Positions 45,255 through 54,024 of a DNA stretch of 64,000 nt are shown piece after piece. The notes below the pieces were generated by a model. That model saw nothing but the letters and a program-made list of their open reading frames with translations. It did not search any database and had not been told where the DNA came from. Source of the DNA: Acidobacteriota bacterium (GTDB lineage: Bacteria; Acidobacteriota; Vicinamibacteria; Vicinamibacterales; UBA2999); contig JBKPAJ010000007.1 of NCBI GenBank assembly GCA_046726375.1, positions 6,488 through 70,487 of the forward strand, given 5' to 3'. Positions within the stretch are counted from its first letter, which is position 1, and each line of letters begins with the position of its first letter. The translations under genes were made by a program, and so were the position numbers.

Positions 45255-45778
45255 GCGCGTTCAAAATCGAGCGATTGTCGCCGCCGGTGAACGATTCCGA
45301 CGTCCGGGCGCTCGCGCAGCTACTGGTCGACGCGGTGCAATCGGGTGCCGCCGTGAGTTTCGTGACGCCGCTCACGCTTGCAGAGGCCGAAGCGTGGTGG
45401 CGCAAGATCATTGCGAGCGCTGCCTCCCGCGCGATCTTCGCCGTCGCGCGCGGCGAGGCCGGCCGGATTATCGGCACCGTGCAACTGCACCCGGCATGGG
45501 CACCCAACCAGCCGCATCGCGCGGACGTCGTCAAGTTGCTCGTCGATCAGCGCAATCGTCGCAGCGGCCTCGGTAGCCAGTTGATGCAGACCATCGAGGA
45601 TGAGGCACGAGGCGCCGGCTTCAGGCTTCTGACACTCGACGCCAAGGCCGGGTCCGCGGCGGATCGTCTGTATCGACGCCTCGGCTGGATCGCGCTCGGC
45701 ACGATTCCGCGTTATGCCGTCGACGCCGACGGCGTCACACCGCATGCTGCCGTGATGTTTTATAAGGAACTGGCTTGA
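45251..45778 (+). CDS. GNAT family N-acetyltransferase
   Basis: GTG 45251 overlaps the previous stop (GTGA). VDQRNRRSGLGSQLMQTIEDEAR ... LYRRLGW. Confidence 0.85.
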   Translation: MSAFKIERLSPPVNDSDVRALAQLLVDAVQSGAAVSFVTPLTLAEAEAWWRKIIASAASRAIFAVARGEAGRIIGTVQLHPAWAPNQPHRADVVKLLVDQRNRRSGLGSQLMQTIEDEARGAGFRLLTLDAKAGSAADRLYRRLGWIALGTIPRYAVDADGVTPHAAVMFYKELA

Positions 45779-45785
45779 TTAAGCG

Positions 45786-46003
45786 GGTGTGATGTAGCGA
45801 TGTGGTGACCTGGCGATGTGGCGATGTGAGGCATTGTAGGTGCCGATGTTGCGGTGTGTCTGTCGATGTGGCGATGGGTCGCGCTACATCTCCACATCTC
45901 CACATCACCACATCACATCATTACATCGCCAGACACATCGCTACATCTTTCCATCAGCACATGACATCGCCACATCACCACGTCGCGACATCGCCACATC
46001 GAA
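45786..46003. repeat. second copy of the GATGTGGCGATGT-word long hairpin, again at a convergent junction
   Basis: gatgtggcgatgt (45815-45827) pairs with acatcgccacatc (45988-46000). The left arm is G/T words, the right arm C/A words, and the centre is ...GGTCGCGCTACATCTCC... Confidence 0.85.
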
Positions 46004-46010
46004 GTGGTCT

Positions 46011-48077
46011 CTATAAACCCGTGCGCGTCGTCGTTGGCGGGTCGGGCAGCTTGAACACAATCAACTCAGCCGGGAAGTTGGGCCCCGCGATCGCCACTGC
46101 GATGTACTGCTTGCCGTTGACCATATAGGTCATCGGCGAACCCGTTTGCGGCCCGGGCATCGCCACCGCACCCGCGTCCGCACCGGTCGCCTTGTCGTAG
46201 GCGCGCAGCAACGCGCCGCGTTGTCCGTTCGCCAGCGTGTTGAACCCGCCTTCGCCGGCGATCAGCAACGTTTTCGTGACCAGCGTGCCGATGCGGCCCG
46301 TACGGCCGGTGCGTGCAATGTTCAGCCCCTTGAGCGCCGGATGGTTCCTGATCGCATCCGGCGTATCGCCATGTGCGATCTGCCACACCAGATCGCCTTT
46401 GTTGAGATCGAAGGCGGTGATGCGGCCATACGGCGGCTTCACGAGCGGAAGGCCTTGCACGTTCAACGCAGCAGCGCCGCCGCCGCCACCTCCGCCGCCT
46501 GCTCCGCCGCGGCCGCCACCAGCGGGCGCGGGCGCTGGCGCCGGCTTGGCGTTCGGATCCCGCGCGCGGCCCGAGATGAAGTTCATATCGGAGCGCTCCG
46601 CATCGTTCACCAAACCGAGCGCGCTGATGTTCGTGTTCGAGAACACGTAGAGCATCTTCGTTTCGGGATCGAGCGACCCGCCTTGCCAGTTGGCACCGCC
46701 AGTGTTGCTCGGCAGCATGAGCGTGGCAAGCGGACCTTCCCACTTGCTTACGACCGGCGGCGTAAACAACGGACCAAGCTTGTAGCGCGACACCAACTTC
46801 ACGGCTTCGGCGCGCAACTCCGGTGTGAAGTCGATCAGATCGTCGATCGAAACGCCTTGCCGATCGAACGGTGGCGGCTTGGTGACAAACGGCTGTGTCG
46901 GTGCGTACCATTCACCAGGCACATCGCCCTTGGGAACGGGGCGTTCTTCGATCGGCCACACCGGCTGACCCGTGACGCGATCCAGCACGTAGATCCAGCC
47001 CTGCTTCGTGGGCTGCGCGAGCGCTTTGATCGCCTTGCCATTGACCGTAATGTCGGTGAGGATCGGCGCGCACGGAATATCCCAGTCCCAGATGCCGTGA
47101 TGAACGGTCTGGTAGTGCCACTTCCGCTTGCCGGTTTTCAGATCGAGCGCGACGATGCTCTCGCCGAAAAGTCCGTCACCCGGTCGATGGCCTCCGTAGT
47201 AATCGCCGGTCGGCAGCTCGACACCCAAATACACGGTGTTGAGCTCCTCGTCCACGCTCATCTGCGCCCATACGCCGGTGTTGCCGGTGTTCGACCACGA
47301 GTCCTCTTGCCATGTGTCGTTGCCGAATTCTCCCGGCCGCGGCACGGTGTGGAAAATCCAGAGCCGCTTGCCCGTTCGTACGTCCAAGCCGCGCACATAT
47401 CCCATCGCGGCGCGGCGGCTCTTCGGGGCCGATCCTTCGATGTGCGCCGCGCCAACGAGAATGACATCCTTCGAAATGATCGGCGCCGCGTGGAGACCGA
47501 TTTCCCCGTTTTCGGCATCGATCACTTGATCGTTATCGAGCTTCAAATCGACGATGCCGTTCTTTCCAAAGGTCGGCACTCTGTCGCCGGTCTTCGCGTC
47601 GAGCGCGATGAGCTGATAACCGGGCGTCACATAAACCACGCGCGCCTCTTTGCCGTCGCTCCAGTAGGCAAGGCCGCGGCCGGATAACTGCCGCGGTGCG
47701 GCTTCGCCGCGCTTGCCCTCATTGAGGCTGTGCATCCAAAGCATCTCGCCCGTGGTCGCATCGAGCGCGACGACGGCGCGTCGACTCCCGGCCGTCAGAT
47801 AGAGCACGCCGTTCACCATCAGCGGCGTGGTTTGAAAATTGAACTCCGGCCGTGGACCGAGCGACTCGGTCCTGAACCTGAACGCCACTTCCAGTTGGTC
47901 GAAATTCTGCGCGCTGATTTGATCGAGCGGTGAGTAGCGCGTATTCGCAAGGTCGGCGCCGTACATGCGCCACTCGCCAACAGGTGCGCCCGTCTGTCCG
48001 TCGGCGGCGACGGTGCAGCAGACGAGCGCCACTACCCAGAGTCCCAGATGCCGGATTGAACGAGGAGTGTGTTTCAT
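46011..48077 (-). CDS. soluble PQQ-dependent dehydrogenase (8-bladed propeller)
   Basis: From ATG 48077: MKHTPRSIRHLGLWVVALVCCTVAADG (signal peptide), WRMYGADLANTRYSPLDQI, TPLMVNGVLYL, ALDATTGEMLW ... Confidence 0.85.
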   Translation of the reverse strand: MKHTPRSIRHLGLWVVALVCCTVAADGQTGAPVGEWRMYGADLANTRYSPLDQISAQNFDQLEVAFRFRTESLGPRPEFNFQTTPLMVNGVLYLTAGSRRAVVALDATTGEMLWMHSLNEGKRGEAAPRQLSGRGLAYWSDGKEARVVYVTPGYQLIALDAKTGDRVPTFGKNGIVDLKLDNDQVIDAENGEIGLHAAPIISKDVILVGAAHIEGSAPKSRRAAMGYVRGLDVRTGKRLWIFHTVPRPGEFGNDTWQEDSWSNTGNTGVWAQMSVDEELNTVYLGVELPTGDYYGGHRPGDGLFGESIVALDLKTGKRKWHYQTVHHGIWDWDIPCAPILTDITVNGKAIKALAQPTKQGWIYVLDRVTGQPVWPIEERPVPKGDVPGEWYAPTQPFVTKPPPFDRQGVSIDDLIDFTPELRAEAVKLVSRYKLGPLFTPPVVSKWEGPLATLMLPSNTGGANWQGGSLDPETKMLYVFSNTNISALGLVNDAERSDMNFISGRARDPNAKPAPAPAPAGGGRGGAGGGGGGGGAAALNVQGLPLVKPPYGRITAFDLNKGDLVWQIAHGDTPDAIRNHPALKGLNIARTGRTGRIGTLVTKTLLIAGEGGFNTLANGQRGALLRAYDKATGADAGAVAMPGPQTGSPMTYMVNGKQYIAVAIAGPNFPAELIVFKLPDPPTTTRTGL

Positions 48078-48122
48078 AGGCTCAGCCCGCGTCAGCCTAC
48101 TATAATTTGGGCCGCCATTCAG

Positions 48123-49163
48123 ATGCATCCCGACCTGCAGGAGGCGATCGACTTCCATATCGCCGTCCTGGCCGAAGGCAGTAAAGCACTCGTCGGTTAC
48201 GACACGGCCAAAGCGATCGCCAACGTCGTGCTGCTCTCCGAGATTCCGACGACTTACGACAAACGCGATGAGCGTCAGGTGAACGCCGGCAATCTGCTGC
48301 TGCGCGGCGTCCCTGGCGTCGGCAAGACCTTTTTCGGCGTGATTCTCGCCGCCATCAGCGACGCGAAGTTCGCCCGCCTGCAGGGCCGGGCCGACCTCCA
48401 GCCGACGGAAGTCGTCGGCTTCCAGATGATTAATCCCGCCACTGGCGAGCTCGTCACGGAGTTCGGGCCGTTGGCCTCGGCCGAAGTGATCCTGCTCGAC
48501 GAGATCAATCGCATTCCGCTCAAGTCGCAGAGCGCGTTTCTCGAAGGGTTGCAGGATCGAACCGTCACTGTCGGCTCGACGACCTACGATTTGCCGGCAT
48601 TCAGCTTTGCGATTGCCACGATGAATCCCGTCGAGCTCGGCCAGGGCACGTTTCCGCTCTCCGAAGCCGCAACCGATCGGTTTGCGGCAATCGTGAACAT
48701 CGGCTACCTGCCGGCCGAGGAAGAAGAAAAGCTCGTCGCCTTCGATTTCAAGCGAGTTCGCCTCAAACCGCTGCTGGCCAAGCAGCGCATCATTCAGCTA
48801 CGCGGCGCGATCTCCGAGCACGTATTTCTTCACGAGCGACTCGGCCGCTATATTCAGCGGCTCGTCGCGGCGACGCGTCCCTACAATCCTGAGACCGACT
48901 GGAACCAGCACTCGCCATCGGCGCTGGTTGAACGCGGCGTCGATCTCGGCGCCTCCCCGCGCGCGATCATCGTGTGGAGCCGGTTGGCAAAAGTATGGGC
49001 CTTGCTCCAGCATCGGCGCGCCGAGGTGTACCCGGAAGATATTCAGGATCTCGCGCCGTTCGTGCTGAGTCACCGGATCTGGCTGGGACCGCATGCGGCA
49101 AGTCACGGGTTGACGACGGAAGCGGTGATCCGTGATGTGATCGACGAGGTGGCGATACCGTGA
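48123..49163 (+). CDS. moxR: MoxR-type AAA+ ATPase
   Basis: From ATG 48123. LLRGVPGVGKT (Walker A), VILLDEINR (Walker B), ATMNPVE, SPRA. Confidence 0.9.
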   Translation: MHPDLQEAIDFHIAVLAEGSKALVGYDTAKAIANVVLLSEIPTTYDKRDERQVNAGNLLLRGVPGVGKTFFGVILAAISDAKFARLQGRADLQPTEVVGFQMINPATGELVTEFGPLASAEVILLDEINRIPLKSQSAFLEGLQDRTVTVGSTTYDLPAFSFAIATMNPVELGQGTFPLSEAATDRFAAIVNIGYLPAEEEEKLVAFDFKRVRLKPLLAKQRIIQLRGAISEHVFLHERLGRYIQRLVAATRPYNPETDWNQHSPSALVERGVDLGASPRAIIVWSRLAKVWALLQHRRAEVYPEDIQDLAPFVLSHRIWLGPHAASHGLTTEAVIRDVIDEVAIP

Positions 49164-49173
49164 ATACGCGCGA

Positions 49174-49275
49174 GAATTCAAAATGGGAAATGCAAAATGC
49201 CAAAAGACTCAAAGCATAGGCGCACCATGGCGCGTTCGTTTGTTTTGAATGTTGCATTTGTCATTTTGCATTGCG
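49174..49275. repeat. AT-rich word inverted repeats straddling the next gene start
   Basis: aatgcaaaatg (49189-49199, contains ATG 49197) pairs with cattttgcatt (49262-49272). ttcaaaa (49177-49183) pairs with ttttgaa (49243-49249). Confidence 0.6.
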
Positions 49276-50384
49276 TTGCTGCGAGCTCGGCTGCGCAGCC
49301 GGCGCGCGAGCAGGAGATTGATCCTCTCCGCTGCTGGTGGCGGACATCCGAAGGCGCCATTACCGTCGGCCAGCCATTTTCGGCGACGCTGACGTGCGCC
49401 GTGCTTGACACAGCGAACGTCCGCGTTGTCCCCGATGAAACGCAGCTGGCAGCCGAGACGATTCAGCTGGCGCCTTTCGAGCTGATTGGCGGTGATCATC
49501 CCGCGGAGCTGAGGAGCGGCGTGCGGCGGTTCTTCCAATACGAGTACCGGCTGCGCCTCATCGATCCGGCGGCGATTGGCAAGGATGTGCCGCTACCGCG
49601 GCTCGTCATCCACTATCGCGTCGAAAGCCGCGTACAGTCGCAGGCGTCCGAAGGACGCGATCTGACGTACGTGATGCCGCTTGTCGCCGTGCGCGTGATG
49701 TCGCTCGTTCCGACGGATGCCTCCGACATCCGCGACGCGTCACACGAACCGTTCGGGGCGATTGAGGCGTTGCGCTTTCGCGCGCGTATGCTCGAGATCG
49801 CGGCGCTGACGCTTGGCATTCTCGGCGGCGTGATTCTCGCCGCCGCGATCGTGCGCGCGTTAGTCGCGCCGCGCCGCCGCACAACGGGCGCCGTCGTGCG
49901 GCTGTCGGATGGCGCGATCTTGCGCGCGGTGGCGTCGGAACTGGCCGCGGTGCAGAGCGAAAGCCGCGGCGGGTGGAATCCGTCGCTGCTGAATCGCGCG
50001 CTTGCCGCCTTGCGCGTGGCCGCCGCCTACGCGCTCGGGCGGCACGTGCCGCATCGCACTCTTGCGGCTGGCGCCGAAACGCCCGAAGGCCGCTTCGTTG
50101 TCGCGCGCGGCCTGATTAGAAAGCGCCGATCCACCGTGACGAGCCCGATTACAGCTGCCGACGTCAAACGTGAGCTCGATCAATTACCGCTGACGGCGTC
50201 TCACGAGCGCCGCACACGCCTCGAAACGCTGCACACGTCGCTGCAGACGCTGACGCACGCGCAGTACTCGGCCAAGCCGGCAGAACCCGCGGACGAGGCT
50301 GTGACATCGGCGCTGCAGGTCGTCCATCAGCTGCGTCGCGAACGCCGCTGGTTTACCTGGCTGACGCCGTCGCCATCCCGATGA
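49197..50384 (+). CDS. membrane-anchored hypothetical protein (weakly BatD-like), occupies the slot where DUF58 normally follows MoxR
   Basis: Signal peptide (the start could be ATG 49227, MARSFVLNVAFVILHCVAASSAAQ), beta-rich periplasmic part, one TM (IAALTLGILGGVILAAAIV), helical cytoplasmic tail. ATGA overlap with the next gene. Confidence 0.6.
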   Translation: MPKDSKHRRTMARSFVLNVAFVILHCVAASSAAQPAREQEIDPLRCWWRTSEGAITVGQPFSATLTCAVLDTANVRVVPDETQLAAETIQLAPFELIGGDHPAELRSGVRRFFQYEYRLRLIDPAAIGKDVPLPRLVIHYRVESRVQSQASEGRDLTYVMPLVAVRVMSLVPTDASDIRDASHEPFGAIEALRFRARMLEIAALTLGILGGVILAAAIVRALVAPRRRTTGAVVRLSDGAILRAVASELAAVQSESRGGWNPSLLNRALAALRVAAAYALGRHVPHRTLAAGAETPEGRFVVARGLIRKRRSTVTSPITAADVKRELDQLPLTASHERRTRLETLHTSLQTLTHAQYSAKPAEPADEAVTSALQVVHQLRRERRWFTWLTPSPSR

Positions 50385-51481
50385 CCTTCATCGCGCGACT
50401 CGAGCAGCTGCTGCGGCAACAGGCGGCAGACTGGGATAACGTGAGCATCGCCGCGCTGCGTTACTGGCACCGCGATGAAGCGCGTCTCTTCCTCACGGCA
50501 GTCATTGGCACGCTCCTGTTGCTCCTGACCATCCGCCTGTTGCTGTCGCGCCGGCGCGGTCGCGGGGCCGGCCTACCCGCGCTCCTGCGGCAATCGGAGT
50601 CGCCTCGGCTTGCGTGGCTTCGTCACCTCCCGCTGGGGCTGTTTGTCGCCGGTCTGCCGTTTGCGCTCCTGGCGATTGCCGATCCGTACGCGGCGCTTGT
50701 ACAGGAGGACACCACGTTTCCCGGACGTCGCATCAGTCTAATGATCGACGCGTCCACCAGCATGTCCACGTCGTTCAAGACCGACACGCTCAAGACGCGC
50801 TCTCCGAACGGACCCGCCTTCTACACCACGGTCGCTGCGGCCGAACAGTTCGTGCAGTTGCGCCGCAAGGGCCGCCACCAGGACTTGATTGCGCTCGTCG
50901 AGTTCGGCAACCAGGCGTACGTGATCACGCCGTTCACCAACGACTACGACAACATTCTGTTGAGCATCAATCTGATCAGCGATCCGGTGGAGTTCTCGCT
51001 CTTTCCCGATCGCGGGACGATCATCGCGCACGCCGTGGAGCAGAGCATCGGGTTGTTCAAGGCGTTTGATTTTCTGGAGGCCTCCGGCAACCTCATGGTG
51101 ATCTTCACCGACGGTGAAGACACGCGTGCGGAGTTTCAGGGCGTCAGCCTCGACGAGATCCTTCAGAGCGCGGTGGACAACAGGATTCCGTTGTACTTCG
51201 TGCGGACCAACTACGACAAGGCGCTCGGCGACATCATCCCCGACGCGCTCTGGAAAAACGCGGTCGAAAAAACCGGCGGCAAGTTCTATGCGGCAAGCGA
51301 CGAGGCGAGCTTGATGCGCGCGATTCGCGACATCGACCGGCTGGCCGCGGGCACGATCCGCGTCAAGCGGTACGCGACGCAGAAAGCGGAGTTCGCGCCC
51401 TTCGCGCTGATTGCGGCCGCGTTCTGGTGCGGTGCGGCCGGTCTCAAACTGTCGAGCGGCAGATTTCAGACGCTGCCGTAG
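50381..51481 (+). CDS. VWA domain membrane protein (BatA-like)
   Basis: N-terminal TMs, then RRISLMIDASTSMS (MIDAS DxSxS) ... VIFTDGEDT, and a C-terminal TM. Confidence 0.8.
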   Translation: MTFIARLEQLLRQQAADWDNVSIAALRYWHRDEARLFLTAVIGTLLLLLTIRLLLSRRRGRGAGLPALLRQSESPRLAWLRHLPLGLFVAGLPFALLAIADPYAALVQEDTTFPGRRISLMIDASTSMSTSFKTDTLKTRSPNGPAFYTTVAAAEQFVQLRRKGRHQDLIALVEFGNQAYVITPFTNDYDNILLSINLISDPVEFSLFPDRGTIIAHAVEQSIGLFKAFDFLEASGNLMVIFTDGEDTRAEFQGVSLDEILQSAVDNRIPLYFVRTNYDKALGDIIPDALWKNAVEKTGGKFYAASDEASLMRAIRDIDRLAAGTIRVKRYATQKAEFAPFALIAAAFWCGAAGLKLSSGRFQTLP

Positions 51482-52215
51482 AGATAACAGGGAGATCAGC
51501 GAGATCAGGGAGAGCGATAACAGGGAGATCAGGGAGATCAGGGAGCGATAACAGGGAGATCAGGGAGATCAGGGAGATCAGCGAGATCGGGAGAAATAAC
51601 AGGGAGATCAGGGAGGTCAGGGAGAAATATCAGGGAGAAGTAACAGGGAGATCGGGGAGATCAAGGAGCGATAACAGGGAGATCAGGGAGATCAGGGAGA
51701 TCAGCGAGATCGGGAGAAATAACAGGGAGATCAGGGAGGTCAGGGAGAAATATCAGGGAGAAATAACAGGGAGATCGGGGAGATCAGGGAGCGCGCGATA
51801 AGAGGGAGACCAGGGAGATCAGGGAGATCAGCGAGATCGGGAGAAATAACAGGGACATCAGGGAGATCAGGGAGAAATATCAGGGAGAGCAGGGAGAGCA
51901 GGGAGAGCAGGGGAAGATCAGGGCGGAACAATCGGGAGATCGGGGACACCGAGGAGAGATAACAGGTAGGTCGGGTAGATCGCGAGTGATGAGAAGAACT
52001 GTTTTGTTCTCCCTGATCTCCCTGATCTCCCTGTTTTTCTCCCTGGTCTCCCTGATCTCCCTGTTAATTCTCCCTGGTCTCCCTGATCTCCCTGTTAATT
52101 CTCCCGGATCTCCCTGATCTCCCTCCCGGATCTCCCTGATCTCCCTGTTAAATTCTCCCGGATCTCCCTGATCTCCCTGTTAATTCTCCATGATCTCCCT
52201 GATCTCCTTGTGAAC
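51482..52215. repeat. about 0.73-kb GGGAGATC-word element: long G-rich left arm with ~124-bp tandem units, C-rich complementary right arm
   Basis: Left arm ~51482-51990 carries dozens of AGGGAGATC-type words; the unit gcgataacagggagatcagggagatcagggagatcagcgagatcggg... repeats at ~51545 and ~51669. The centre has agaac-tgtttt-gttct near 51995. The right arm ~52005-52215 is GATCTCCCT words. Confidence 0.9.
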
Positions 52216-52231
52216 TTACGAGGATAAATCG

Positions 52232-52861
52232 ATGAAACAACTGACGATTGGCGTGATGGTCGCCCTGGTGTTCTTTGCTGCGTCGGCCTTTGCCTTCAGA
52301 GAGGCGCGGCGCCTGCGCGCAGACGCGGACGGACGCGAGCGCCTGGCCACGCTTCGCCATGTCGGATTGGACAACGCAAAATCCGAATACTGGCGCGGTG
52401 AGTACGACCGCGTCATTTCTGTATCTGCGCCCGCGGATCGCGATCCGGATCTGGAGCGGCTGTTGCTCTCCGCCAACGCCGCGTTCCGAAAGACGCAACG
52501 CGAGGCGCCACCGCGTCAGGCGCAGCTGCAGCAGCTCGATGCGGTACTGCAGTCCTACGCGTCGGTGTTGAAATCGGGACCATTTGTTGCTGACGCCGCT
52601 TACAACTACGAGTTTGTCGCGCGGGTGCGGGAGGCGATCAGCCGCGGGAAACCGCCGGCCTCGTCGGCGGCGCGAGCATCGGGGCCATCCGAGCCGCGTG
52701 CCGTCGATCTTCCGGCCGGACCGACGATCCACGGCCGTCCGGGCGGACCACCGCCGGGCACGAAGGGCGAGGAGTTCGAGGTCATCGCGCCGATGGAGTT
52801 TGGGGATCGTGAGGCGCAGCCTGAACCCAACGCCGGAGGCAAGCCGCTGCGCAAGGGCTGA
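52232..52861 (+). CDS. membrane-anchored hypothetical protein
   Basis: 209 aa. N-terminal TM (IGVMVALVFFAASAFAF), helical middle, Pro/Gly-rich tail. Confidence 0.6.
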   Translation: MKQLTIGVMVALVFFAASAFAFREARRLRADADGRERLATLRHVGLDNAKSEYWRGEYDRVISVSAPADRDPDLERLLLSANAAFRKTQREAPPRQAQLQQLDAVLQSYASVLKSGPFVADAAYNYEFVARVREAISRGKPPASSAARASGPSEPRAVDLPAGPTIHGRPGGPPPGTKGEEFEVIAPMEFGDREAQPEPNAGGKPLRKG

Positions 52862-52866
52862 CGATC

Positions 52867-53955
52867 GTGGTCTTTCGAGAGCCCGACTACCTGTGGTTCG
52901 TGATCGTGCCGCTGCTGCTGGTCGTGCTGTGCGTCTGGCGGTTCGTGCAGCGGCGGCGTGACGTTCGACAGTTGGTCTCGCGGCGCATTGTGCCCTCGCG
53001 ACAGCGCTTCGGCTTCGTTGGCGACCTGCCATTCTGGTTGGCCATTGCCGTCGCCAGTGCGCTATTGATCATCGCGGTCGCTAGACCCGCCGCGCCGACG
53101 AACACATTACGCCGCGCCGGTGTCGACGTCGTCATTCTGCAGGACGCGTCGGCCTCCATGCGCGTGAGCGACGTCGCCGGCGCGCAGGATCGCTGGAGCC
53201 GATCGATGCGGTTTCTGCGCGGTCTCGGCGATGCCTTGAGCTGGCGCGAGGACCGCATTGCCCTGGCGGCTTTCGCGCACATCGCGGCGCCGCAGGTGCG
53301 TCTTACGCGCGATCCGAACACGCTGTTTTTCTTTCTGGATCATCTGGAGCACCAGGCGCCGTTTCGGCTCGAAGACGCGACCACGTGGGACACCAATCTG
53401 GAGCTCGGCGTGTATTGGGGCTTGCGCCTGATCGACAAGGACGAAGAGATTCATGGCCGATCGCCAAACGCCAAGCTGTTCGTGCTGTTGTCGGATGGCG
53501 AGGCATGGAGCGGGGAAGTGGCGAAGTCTGTGGAGCTGGCGAGGGACCGCAGTATCCCTGTGTTCGTGATCGGTGTCGGATCGCTGAGCGGCGGGCGTAT
53601 GCCGGTGGTGCCCGAGCTCGACCAGGAGACCCCGCCCGACGAACGCCCGCCGCTGGTGTCGCGCCTCGATCGGCCGGCGCTGCAGCGGATTGCGTCGGCC
53701 GGTGGCGGCCGCTACTTCGAGCTCGATCGCGTGCCCGATCGCGATATCGCCAACGCCATCGTGGATACGGGGCGCCGCCTCGCGCCCGCCCTCGGGTCGG
53801 TGGAGGTGCACACCGATCTTTACTGGTGGGTCTTGTGCGCCGCCGGTATCGCAGCGGCTGCAGGGTTGCTGTTTATCCGCGAGGCGGCGGCACTCGCTTT
53901 TCTCCTCGCCGGCGCCGGCGCTGCCGCCCTCGTCCTGCAGCGCGCGCTCTGGTAG
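52867..53955 (+). CDS. VWA domain membrane protein (BatB-like)
   Basis: N-terminal TMs, VVILQDASASMRVSD (MIDAS), VLLSDGEAW, C-terminal TMs. Confidence 0.8.
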   Translation: MVFREPDYLWFVIVPLLLVVLCVWRFVQRRRDVRQLVSRRIVPSRQRFGFVGDLPFWLAIAVASALLIIAVARPAAPTNTLRRAGVDVVILQDASASMRVSDVAGAQDRWSRSMRFLRGLGDALSWREDRIALAAFAHIAAPQVRLTRDPNTLFFFLDHLEHQAPFRLEDATTWDTNLELGVYWGLRLIDKDEEIHGRSPNAKLFVLLSDGEAWSGEVAKSVELARDRSIPVFVIGVGSLSGGRMPVVPELDQETPPDERPPLVSRLDRPALQRIASAGGGRYFELDRVPDRDIANAIVDTGRRLAPALGSVEVHTDLYWWVLCAAGIAAAAGLLFIREAAALAFLLAGAGAAALVLQRALW

Positions 53956-54024
53956 CGTCGCCTTCCGGGCGAGCAGTAACGGGGTATTCTTATCGGTCAT
54001 CCAAAGGAAAGCGGAGGTGCGGAC

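Noticed and set aside
51427-51801. 124-aa plus-strand ORF (…NREIREIREISEIGRNNREIREVREKYQGE…), together with the 294-aa minus-strand ORF 52148..53032
   Set aside because: Both are translations of the 9-nt word array, or antisense to real genes. Periodic peptides are expected from any 9-nt repeat, there is no start context, and no protein family is recognisable.
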